From Rhizaria sp. SCN 62-66 (lineage: Eukaryota): DNA of 53,586 nt. Position 1 is the first letter of the stretch. Every line of letters begins with the position of its first letter. The position numbers and the translations under genes are program-made. This document shows, one piece after another, positions 31,501 to 39,753 of the stretch. The notes beneath the pieces were generated by a model. The model was not told the origin of the DNA. It did no database searches and worked only from the letters and a program-made list of their open reading frames with translations. Location of the stretch: NCBI GenBank assembly GCA_001724265.1, contig MEDY01000304.1, positions 1 to 53,586 on the forward strand, in the 5' to 3' direction.

Positions 31501-34500
31501 GCGGCGCAGCGCGGCGACGGGCGTCACGGCGCTCGACGACGGCTCGGGCTCGGGCCCGCTGTCCGCCTCCGTCCTGGCGTCCAGGTCGGCAGCAGCGTCC
31601 ACGCCCGCGCCTCTGGCCTGCTGCTGCTGCTGCTGCAGGTCGAGACCCCAGAGCGAGGCCAGCGGCGACATCCCGCCGCGCGCGCCTACACCCGCCCCAG
31701 CGGCAGCAGTCATACCGCCAGCAGCGCTCATACCGCCAGCAGCGCCGGCAGCAGCGGCGCCGGCGGCAGTGATGCTGGGGTTCGAGACGGCGCGCGCGGG
31801 CGGCGCGGGGGCCGCGGCGACAGCGACGGCGGGCGCGGCCCTGCTGCTGGCCCTGAAGCGGCCCGCGCCCGCCGCGGCCGCTGCGGCCGCGGCGACGATG
31901 GCCGAGTCCGTGTCGGTGTCGGCGACCGAGTGCGCGGCCGAATAGGCGGCGACTGAGTGCGCGGCCGAGGACGCAGCGTCGGGCTCGGAGCCCGTCGCGC
32001 CGCCGGGGCCCGCGGCCTCGCTGTCAGCCTCGCTCGCGGCCGCGCGCGCCGCGCGGCACGACTGCAAGTACTTGGCGAAGTCGAGGTTCTCGTTCTCGCT
32101 TTCGCCGTGGCCGTGGCCGTGGCCGTGGCCGTGGCCGTGGCCGTGGCGGGGGTCGGGGCCGTCCGCGTCGCTGTCGCTGCCGCCGTTGCCGTCACTGTCG
32201 CTGCCGCCGCCATCGCCGTCGCCGTCGTGCAGGCGCGGGTCCTGGCGCCGCGGCTGCTGCGGCCGGCCCGGGCCGCCGCCCGCGGAGCCGGTCGTGCCCG
32301 TGGTCGTCGCCGCGCGCAGCCCCCGCATCGGCGCGGCGCCAGCGCTCGGGCCGGTGCCGGCGCCGGCGCCGGCGCCGGGGCCGGGGCCCTGGAGCGCATT
32401 GCCACGGCCCACGCCGGGCGGGCTACTGCCGCCACCGAAGCCGTAGCTGTAGCCGTTGCTGGCGGTCGGCGTCGGCGCGCCGGCCTCGGCCCCAGAGCCC
32501 CCTGCTGCTCCCGCGGCGGCTGCGGCTGCGGCGACAGCGCGGAGGCTGCTGTCGCCCGCGGCGGCTGCGGCGGCGAGCCCTGTGCCGAGCCCCAGCCCCA
32601 GGCCGCGGACCCAGCGGCCCTGCGACAGGCTCGCGCTCAGAGATGTCGAGCTGAGAGACGTCGCGCTGAGCGAGGCCGCGCTGAGCCCGGAGCTGGACAG
32701 GGGGGTGGCCGGGCTCGCGTGACCCGCGCCCGCGCCCGCGCCCGGGCCGCCGCTGCTACCGAAGCTGCTGCCGCTGGCGCTGGCGCTGTTGACAATAGCA
32801 GCGCCCGCCGCCGCGTCAGAGGCGCCGCCACCGAACAGACTGGCGAGGCTGTTGTTCATGTTGTTCGCGCCGGTGACGCCGCTGCCGAGGCCGCGGCCCG
32901 CCGCCGCTGCCGCCGCCGCCGCCGAAGCCGAGGCCGAGGACGAGGTCTTAAACGTGCAGAGCGGCGACCCGCCGGCCCAGTTGTTGCCGGGCGCCGCAGC
33001 CGGGCCGCCGGTGGTGCTAACGCTCAGCGCGGAGACCGGGACGGGGGCCGGGCTCTGCAAACTGCTCGCCACGCCGCCCTGCTGCTGTTGCTGCTGCTGC
33101 TTGGAGCCGATCTGCTTGGCGAGGCCCAGTCTACCCTGCTGCTTCGGCAGCCCGTGTCCCTGCCCCTGCGCCAGTGTCTGCCCCTGTCCGCCCGCGGCTG
33201 CGGCGGCTGCGGCTGCGGCGGGTTCGGTGTCCTGGAGCCGCGCCTGGGGCCTGATGCAGGGCAGCGCGCGGTGCGCGTCTTCCATGGTCCCGCGGCGGCC
33301 CTGGAGCGCGAAGACGCCGAACTGCGCGCGGCCCAGCCGCCGCAGGTGCGCGCTGTGAGGGTGCGAAGCCCACGCGCGCGCCACCGCGCCCGCGTTGCCG
33401 CCGGAGCCGGCGTTGCCAGAGCCAGAGGCAGAGCCCTGCTGCGCGGACGCCGACGTGGACGCCAGAGCCGGGGCCGGAGCCGGGGAGGGCGCTGGGGAGG
33501 GCGACGGCGACGGCGAGAGCGCGGGCGACAGACAGTGCGACTGCGACAGCGAGTGCGCGTGCGACTGCGCGGCGCAGGGCCCGTCCGCGCAGTGGCTGTG
33601 CGCGGGGTGGCCGTGCGCGCACACGAGCCCGAGCCCGCGCGACGGCGGCCGCGACAGACCCAGGCCCAGGCCCAGGCCCGGGCCCGGTCCGGTCGCAGCC
33701 GCTGCCGCTGCCGCAGCGGCGCCGGTGGCGGCGGGCGCTGGCGCGGCGACGGACGGGGTGAACGCTGCCGTGACGCCAGCGGGGGCCGTGGGGGCCGTGG
33801 TCATGGTGGGGGCCGCGGACGAGGGCCGGACAGCCGTCGCGCCCGCGCCGCTGGAGCCCGTGAACCCAGCGCCATTGGTGTAGGCGCCACCGCCGCCGCT
33901 GCCGTGGGCGGCGCGCGCGTGGGCGTGGGCAGTCATCGCCGCGGTGGGCGTGGCGGCCACGGGCATCGCAGGCCGGGCCACGAGGCTCACGCCAGGGACG
34001 GCGCTGCCGGTGCCGTTGGCGCTACTGGCGGAGGTGGCAGCGGTCGTCGCGGCGGCGGCGGCGGCCGCTCTCGGGCCGAAGCCTCCCGACGCAGCGGCGG
34101 CCGCAGCGGGCCCCGAGGCCGGCGCGTGCGGCGCGTGGGGGCCGTGGGGTGACAGCTGCGAGAGCGTCTGCGAAAGCGTCTGCGAGAGAGAGGACGGGGA
34201 TAGCGGCGCCAGCAGCGGCGGCGGCGGCGGGCCCGCTGGCGGGTGGGGCACCACGAGCACGCTGCTCGCGCCGCTGCTGCTCGTGGCGCCGGCGCCCGCG
34301 CCCGCGCCGCTGCTGACGCTCGTGGTCAGCGGGAAGTTGGCGTAGGTGAAGGTGGCGCTGGCTGCCTTGGGGCTGCTCGCGCGGAACCCAGACACGCTCA
34401 GCGCGGGCGCGGGCGCGGGCGTCGGGTTTGGGGTGGGCGCAGCGCCCGGCGCGCTGAGCGCGGACGTCGAGCCCGCGGCGCTAAGCGCAGGCGTAGGCGC

Positions 34501-36003
34501 ACTCGCGGCGCTGGCGGCGTTCGCAGCGCCGGGACCGGCCTGCGGCTGCGGCTGCGCTAGGGTGACGGCGTGGTTGGCCGCGCTGGAGCTGGTCCGCGAG
34601 CTCGAGTTGGAGCTGGTGGCAGAGCCAGAGTTGCCGCTGCTGCCGCTGCTGCTGCTGTGGCCGCTCGTGCTGCGGCGCGCCTGCGCGATTGCGGCTGCAA
34701 GCGACGCGGGCGAAAACGGTGAGCCGGGACCCGTTCCAGCGCCAGCGCCAGCGCCGGTGCCCGAGCTGGTGCCGGCGTCAGCGCTCGCGATTCTAGCGCT
34801 GCCGGAGGCGCCGGCAATGCCGAGCGTGGCAGCAGCGGCGCTGAAGCCGCCGCCGGCCATGATGGCTCGTCCGAGCGGCACGCTGCCGCCTGCGCCCGTG
34901 TGGCCCACCCCCGTGGCGCTGGTGCTGCTGGTGCTGGTGCTGGTGCTGGTGCTGGTGCTGGTGCTGGTGCTGGTGCTGGTGCTGTTGAGGTGGCTTGTGG
35001 CGGCGGGCGGGCTGGCGCTGTGTGCGCGCAGCGGCGCCCGGGGGCTGGCGCTAGAGCTTACGCCGCCGCCGCCGCCGCCGCTGCTGCCGCCGCCGCCGCC
35101 GCTGCCGCCGCCGCCGCCGCTGGCGCTGCTGCCATTGGTGCTGGTGACCGAGGCCGCGGCCGAGGGGGAGCGCGCGAGCAGCGCGGGCAGCAGCGGGCCG
35201 TGCTGCGGGGGCTGCTGCTGCTGCTGCTGTTGGTGGGTCTGGGTCTGATGCACGTGGGCGTGCTGCTGGGTGGGCGACAGCGGCGACAGCGGCAGCGGCA
35301 GCGGCGGCGAGAGCGCCGCCAGCGGCGACGCGCGGCCGCCCAGCAGCCCCAGGCTCGCTCCCGCCGCCGCCGTGGCCGCGTAAGAAGGCGAAAGCGAGCG
35401 CTGCAGACCCAGACTCAGACGGAGGCCAGGCCCCGCAGGCTGCTGCTGCTGTGCGCCGCCCTCGTAGCCGTAGCCGTAGCCATAGCCATACGCATGACTA
35501 CTACTGCTGCAGCTGCTGGGGCCGGAGCTGTTTTCGCGGTAGAGCGCGGGAGGCAGCGCGGCCGAGGACGAAGACGCGGGCGAAAGTGCCGCGGCGTGGG
35601 TCAGGCCTCCGTAGGCGGCAGCGGTGGCGACGGCGGGCAGTGGCGGCGCGGGCGCGGGCGCGTGGACCGAAGACATCAACATCAAGTGGGGGGCCGGAAT
35701 GGGGGCCGGGGCGGAGCCGGAGAACGAGACGGGGGCCGGGGCGAGGGCAAGAGGGCGGGACGCAAGGCTACCAGTGTGCGAGGCAGTCGCGGCCGCGGCT
35801 CTGGAGGGCCCCGTGTCGGCGAAGCTGTCCCTGACGTCGCCAGGCCCCCTGCCGTCGGCCACCGCGGCCGAGGAGACTTTGGGGGCGCAGAACATGACGC
35901 TCGCGGGGGCGTTGGTGAAGGAAAAGGAGCTAAGCAGGTCCACAAGTTGACAAAAGTTGAGCAAGGTGGGGTTGTGAAGAGGTTTACATACGGTGACAAA
36001 CAT
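28537..36003 (-). CDS. Giant PPM/PP2C Ser/Thr phosphatase (up to 2488 aa) with very large low-complexity insertions
   Basis: PP2C motifs in canonical order: QGRRGTMEDAH, FCVCDGHGG, GGTTA, NIGDS, AVTRALGD, FLILACDGLWDV, GSTDNITV. The start may instead be ATG 35895 (MFCAPK). Confidence 0.9.
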   Translation of the reverse strand: MFVTVCKPLHNPTLLNFCQLVDLLSSFSFTNAPASVMFCAPKVSSAAVADGRGPGDVRDSFADTGPSRAAAATASHTGSLASRPLALAPAPVSFSGSAPAPIPAPHLMLMSSVHAPAPAPPLPAVATAAAYGGLTHAAALSPASSSSAALPPALYRENSSGPSSCSSSSHAYGYGYGYGYEGGAQQQQPAGPGLRLSLGLQRSLSPSYAATAAAGASLGLLGGRASPLAALSPPLPLPLSPLSPTQQHAHVHQTQTHQQQQQQQPPQHGPLLPALLARSPSAAASVTSTNGSSASGGGGGSGGGGGSSGGGGGGVSSSASPRAPLRAHSASPPAATSHLNSTSTSTSTSTSTSTSTSTSSTSATGVGHTGAGGSVPLGRAIMAGGGFSAAAATLGIAGASGSARIASADAGTSSGTGAGAGAGTGPGSPFSPASLAAAIAQARRSTSGHSSSSGSSGNSGSATSSNSSSRTSSSAANHAVTLAQPQPQAGPGAANAASAASAPTPALSAAGSTSALSAPGAAPTPNPTPAPAPALSVSGFRASSPKAASATFTYANFPLTTSVSSGAGAGAGATSSSGASSVLVVPHPPAGPPPPPLLAPLSPSSLSQTLSQTLSQLSPHGPHAPHAPASGPAAAAAASGGFGPRAAAAAAATTAATSASSANGTGSAVPGVSLVARPAMPVAATPTAAMTAHAHARAAHGSGGGGAYTNGAGFTGSSGAGATAVRPSSAAPTMTTAPTAPAGVTAAFTPSVAAPAPAATGAAAAAAAAATGPGPGLGLGLGLSRPPSRGLGLVCAHGHPAHSHCADGPCAAQSHAHSLSQSHCLSPALSPSPSPSPAPSPAPAPALASTSASAQQGSASGSGNAGSGGNAGAVARAWASHPHSAHLRRLGRAQFGVFALQGRRGTMEDAHRALPCIRPQARLQDTEPAAAAAAAAAGGQGQTLAQGQGHGLPKQQGRLGLAKQIGSKQQQQQQQGGVASSLQSPAPVPVSALSVSTTGGPAAAPGNNWAGGSPLCTFKTSSSASASAAAAAAAAGRGLGSGVTGANNMNNSLASLFGGGASDAAAGAAIVNSASASGSSFGSSGGPGAGAGAGHASPATPLSSSGLSAASLSATSLSSTSLSASLSQGRWVRGLGLGLGTGLAAAAAAGDSSLRAVAAAAAAAGAAGGSGAEAGAPTPTASNGYSYGFGGGSSPPGVGRGNALQGPGPGAGAGAGTGPSAGAAPMRGLRAATTTGTTGSAGGGPGRPQQPRRQDPRLHDGDGDGGGSDSDGNGGSDSDADGPDPRHGHGHGHGHGHGHGESENENLDFAKYLQSCRAARAAASEADSEAAGPGGATGSEPDAASSAAHSVAAYSAAHSVADTDTDSAIVAAAAAAAAGAGRFRASSRAAPAVAVAAAPAPPARAVSNPSITAAGAAAAGAAGGMSAAGGMTAAAGAGVGARGGMSPLASLWGLDLQQQQQQARGAGVDAAADLDARTEADSGPEPEPSSSAVTPVAALRRGLRAQAQAQALTQTQAQNKSQQPQKSALLQSALQQVFMAPSPSPSPLPYPTFGASASASGSTSTLASAAGSASPSPAPAPAPAPASAVAAAAAAAAAAAGSRGRKSFSGVCNFGGFNSNSSNANANSSVSASSTAANSANSSFSQSHALLPPPRAPTPLTGVTASAGAAAGASTPAGAAASFGLSAGLSTAGEVDVDAPILATPRTFARALAIAGSGGGGGGAGHGHGRYRHASARNSVVGGSSAAAAAAAAAAAAAAASAAAVGGSSQGGAGLGRLPPSAASFSQALAPAGTAASASASLADGAEAAASPALQSAQSTRSPSALAFAGAGGASGMGGASGMNNSSVTVGASPLPGASPSPSPAPCPLHAHARLQAHGLGQPGLGLNCDACSVASGVPSLPSPTSTAATGSAAATAASGAATAASGAASGTAGGAVNLSGFFCVCDGHGGTECADYVSDRIAHYLFKHPAFNSDVVSALHESFATLEREWCGLARALDLDGGTTALVALLHDNHLIVSNIGDSEGVLCRAGRAVALSVPHTLRNPAERARLEACGARTYKGRLGHPRYTPSCFSIAVTRALGDVLYKDAEFTGGAPSGLIAVPDTQVVALEDEDQFLILACDGLWDVMSHQEACDYALRLLRIGKERFTRLYGVPDALTAAAGDDAASVAASVAASDMALDAEAEAAEAEAAAAAAEASSWTTLGSGRPGVGKARVRRQTVAATTSVAATAQPGQLGQSTTPGGRFSSLVLDSSSSSDSEAGTGIELEDLDAVTAAAVGNAAAQISKDSDVAGTSAGAGAASSSSTASVGDDPNETDWSWLAEQLALRAIRLGSTDNITVLIVNLDAQSGKSAYNLKSRRGHPLSCLSPIHSPVNSNRTMFTNPVAAVVEDGAMVHVGPAVSASTLTSALALQQQLLQQQQVVASDGTVAPSVRVLAGSSAAASIAAMAQHLQPKSPTSIENKPVSTLPLRKAGGAGLMSLFDQQAD

Positions 36004-37753
36004 GGCGTAGCTTGATAGGGACGAGAAGTCCTTCTAAACGAGGGAGACTTGAGGGAGCAGTGTCAAGGCAATAGGGCACGCTAGACATCACAAGCAGCGA
36101 TTCAATTCAATCATAAACACAAATAAGATTAAATGTTCCAACACATTTTCAAAACATTGTTTTACACAAGGACGGATGAGCGCAAACGCTGCGTCTGTTT
36201 GTTCCAGACGCTGCTCTTCTCGGTCAAGATCCTTCTCGCTGACTGTAGTGGAGAATGAAGAACTTGAGGCTAGAACGCTTTGACCGCGGCAAGGGTGTGG
36301 TGACGCTTTCTGATGAAGATCATACTGAATGCACAACATGGTCGAAACTTGATTTATTTAGTTTTGTTAGTTTAACTTCAATATCAGCTCGATATCATTT
36401 TGTCTCGCGACCATAATATCATTGATCAACCCTGGACTGCTTATAGTCCGCTTCATTCAGCACCACAGACGTTTAACATCCACACTCAATACAATGGCAG
36501 TGTTCACTAAGTACCTACAGTTGCATTAAAGCTCCACAATGCTCTTATCGCCGCTTCACTGCACGCAGCAGCGCACACTCTCCCCCCATCTATCCCAGCG
36601 CTGCACAGGCTCTGAGTGACAGCGCTCACTTGCGAGGCCCTACAGCGCGTGGCACACTCGCGCGCCCGATGTACCGCCTCATCAGCACTCACTGTCATAG
36701 CCCCATCTGCAGCCCACCAAGGGAGTCGCCGCGTCTCAGCCTGAGCCCGCAGTCGCACTACTTACAGTGGAATGATGAGTGCACAGAGTGGCAAGCAAGA
36801 GCAGGAACGGACGGCGAAGGAAGCCGAGTCCTGCAACAGGAGCAGCACAAACAAAGACATCGCACACAGGCAACAACATACAGCGATGGGCAGACGCGCG
36901 CGCCACCGTCTGTGGCGAGCACAGATGGAAGATTAGCTTGTCAGAAGCCTTCCATTGGCATGGGTGCTCGTAGCAGTCCCGGGCCATGTAAGCACATTTG
37001 CACACAGCAACACTGCCTCATCACATATCACACACACGTCTCGTATTCAGTTTGGCCATCAAAACACGCTCATGGCTCCATCAAGCTTCAGTGCAGGTAT
37101 ATGGAAGACGATTGGCCACCTTAGAGCGAACTTGGAACAACCATTTTGGCATGACGCCAAGCGTTACAGCCATCGTCAACAGGACTTTTAAAAGCAAAGA
37201 CGGTATGAAAAGTCAGTAACAGACCTCACCCGACCATTACACACTTGCTTGGGTCGGTCAGCATATGCAGGGACACAAATTCGATAGTTTGCCGACTGGT
37301 TGGCTGGCGAGCTCGGGGCCGAAAAAAGATTAAGTCCAGCCGGCGACCGGAGCAGCCCGGCTTAACTTCGAGCTATGCGCGGTCCCAGAGCCGACCCATC
37401 TTCGGCCGCCGCCTTGATTGTTCTCGCGTCGCGCCAGGTCTTAGTCTTGAGCTTTTGGAGTGGTATGCTAGAATAGTATTGATGTTTATCTCCTTGCTGT
37501 TAGGTATCATGTTGCTATGCGCGCTTTGTTTGCGTCATGGGAGGTGCTTGGGAGAGCTCGCTGTGCCCCCAGCCCCACAGCCCAAGTGCTAAGAGAGAGC
37601 CCAGGAACGCTCTTTCGACGCGGCCGCTCTTGTGCCCGCGGGCTTTGCGTGTTTTGTAATTTTGCGTGGTTGTAGTATCCGAGCTTCTCTCTCACATGCT
37701 TTCGTGTGTTCCCTTTTGTTTTTCGTTTCTGCCTTCGTACGCCCACAGACAGG

Positions 37754-38404
37754 ATGGCCATTCCCGTGAGCAAGCCTAAGATCGTCAAGAAGCACACCAA
37801 GGCGTTCCTCCGCCACGACGGTGACAAGTACAAGCGCATCGGCTGGGCCACCGTCAAGATCGGTTTCGGTACTGCCAAGGCTCACCGTCACCTTCTCCCC
37901 AACGGCCTCAAGGCGTTCAACATCAACAACGTCAGTGTACGTAGCGCTTCCCTTCCCATTCCTCACTTGCTCTACCCTCTCAGCTTTCTTATGCCCCATC
38001 CACACGACGCGCGCATCGCGTTTGAGGTCTGCGCACCCTTCTAAAGCAGTGCTACAACATAGCTCTGCTCTCGTCTGACGCTCCGTTTCCGCGTCGTCTG
38101 GCGTGCTTGTGTGTCGTTCATTTGCCCTGCCAACATTCTTTTCGACTTCATTAACATCTATTCTCACTTTTCCACTTTTGTTTTTCCTCGTTCTTCTTCT
38201 CTTGCCTCCCCGCACACCCTTGAACATCACCTCGCACCCGCACAGGACCTCAACATGCTCCTCCTCAACAACCGCGAGTACGCCGCCGTCATCAACCACA
38301 GCGTCTCTGCCCGCACCCGCAAGGAGATCGTCCAGCGCGCTGACCAGCTCGACATCCGCGTCATGAACCGCACTGCTCGCCTCCAGACTGCCGAGTCTCA
38401 GTAA
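37754..38404 (+). CDS. RPL32: 60S ribosomal protein eL32 (113 aa, ~20-aa internal deletion); exons 37754-37936 and 38246-38404
   Basis: KPKIVKKHTKAFLRH...KIGFG...HLLPNG...NNVS|DLNMLLLNNREYAAVINHSVSARTRKEIVQRADQLDIRVMN. Phase-0 intron GTACGT...CACAG. Confidence 0.93.
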
Positions 38405-39753
38405 GTTGCTTGCCCCCAATACACCATCTTGGCCTCCTAATTCAACCCCAGCTTCATGCTTTATTCATGTTTTCGCGATGCACTCGACATACTCTTGTCT
38501 TAATAATGTGAATTTTTGGATACTCTGACTGCAGCTGTCTCTCAAATTCATCGTAACTTTTTCGTTAGCATGTTATATCTCCTGAGCATGAGAGATTCAC
38601 CTTGCGCAATTGTCGTCCGCGTTGACTCTTGAGGCACCGTAGCGTCTTTCTGGTAGCATGGCTGTGACGCTATGCAATAAATGCTCCATCATGAGTTAGT
38701 GGATTTGCGTTTCGTGTATATTTGTGCTCATTTGATCGTCCTGTCACTCATTTCAGGCAGGATGCACTGAACGCAAGGTGGCCTTTCAGCGTGCTTAGAT
38801 GATGCAGTTATCTAGAACATACACAGAGCAGCAACACACGCAGGCATAATCTATCAGCTGAGTGTGGCATGACATCCATGCAGATAGCGACGACGGAGCA
38901 CAGTGCACAATCGCAGCGCCAACACGAGACTGCGGCAGCGCGGAGCGGCGTCGCTCCCTGCACCTTGCTGTCGCGCTGATCAAGAGATTGGGGGTGTTGC
39001 GTCGCATGAAGGGCCACAAAAATGCTGCCTTAGTGCAGACACCGACCTTGCACCTGCATTGGCAGCCACATTGTTGCAGATGGATGCGTTGTGCGCGTCA
39101 GCAAGAGCTCTAGACTGGCGCGTGCGGTCTTGCTGACAACCAATCCGACAGCAATAATGAGCGAACCCCAACGCAGCACGCTTACACAACATAACATATA
39201 CACTGCAAATATCATACACAGTGCGCGCAACTGACAGCAGCATGACTATGCGCATCAGAGGTGATGCGGGATGACGAGGAGGCAGCGTCATTCGGCACAG
39301 AGGTTCGATCAGAGCGACAACAGAGCTCTACAACGTAGTAATTTAGATTCTGATAATAAAACATCATATTTTATCTTAATCCACACGGCGCATTGCCAGT
39401 GACGGCTTTTTGTGAAGCGTATCTGAATTTTGTTGTCGCGTTCGTGCTCCTTCGAGGACCCGTTTTACTTGACTGTCATCTTGAGAAAGCCCCTCTATTC
39501 AAAGTGTGATATATTTGTTCACATTCGTAGAGAACTGATGCCACGCCGCACCCAGATATACAACTACTTAATTAACGCTTAATGTGTTTTGAATGGCGTG
39601 ATGGCGCTCGTTATGCTTCATATTTTATCTTTGCTTTACTCACCCGTTTCTCTGATGTCATACTATGATACACCCTTTCGTCAATCTACTTCGCCCTCTC
39701 TGCATCGCATCCCCACTCGCTCCTGCCTGGCCCTCTTTTGCGCACACCCAGCT

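Noticed and set aside
36088-37250. Short ORFs between PP2C and RPL32
   Set aside because: No recognisable motifs or typical codon bias. They could be UTR or decayed sequence, but I cannot support a gene.
38760-39300. Short ORFs or a possible decayed element downstream of RPL32
   Set aside because: No terminal repeats, transposase motifs or consistent frame visible.
39589-39753. Signal-peptide-like extension from a TTG start
   Set aside because: AT-rich, intron/UTR-like sequence ending in an acceptor-like CAG. MGCGAS at 39754 is the better start.
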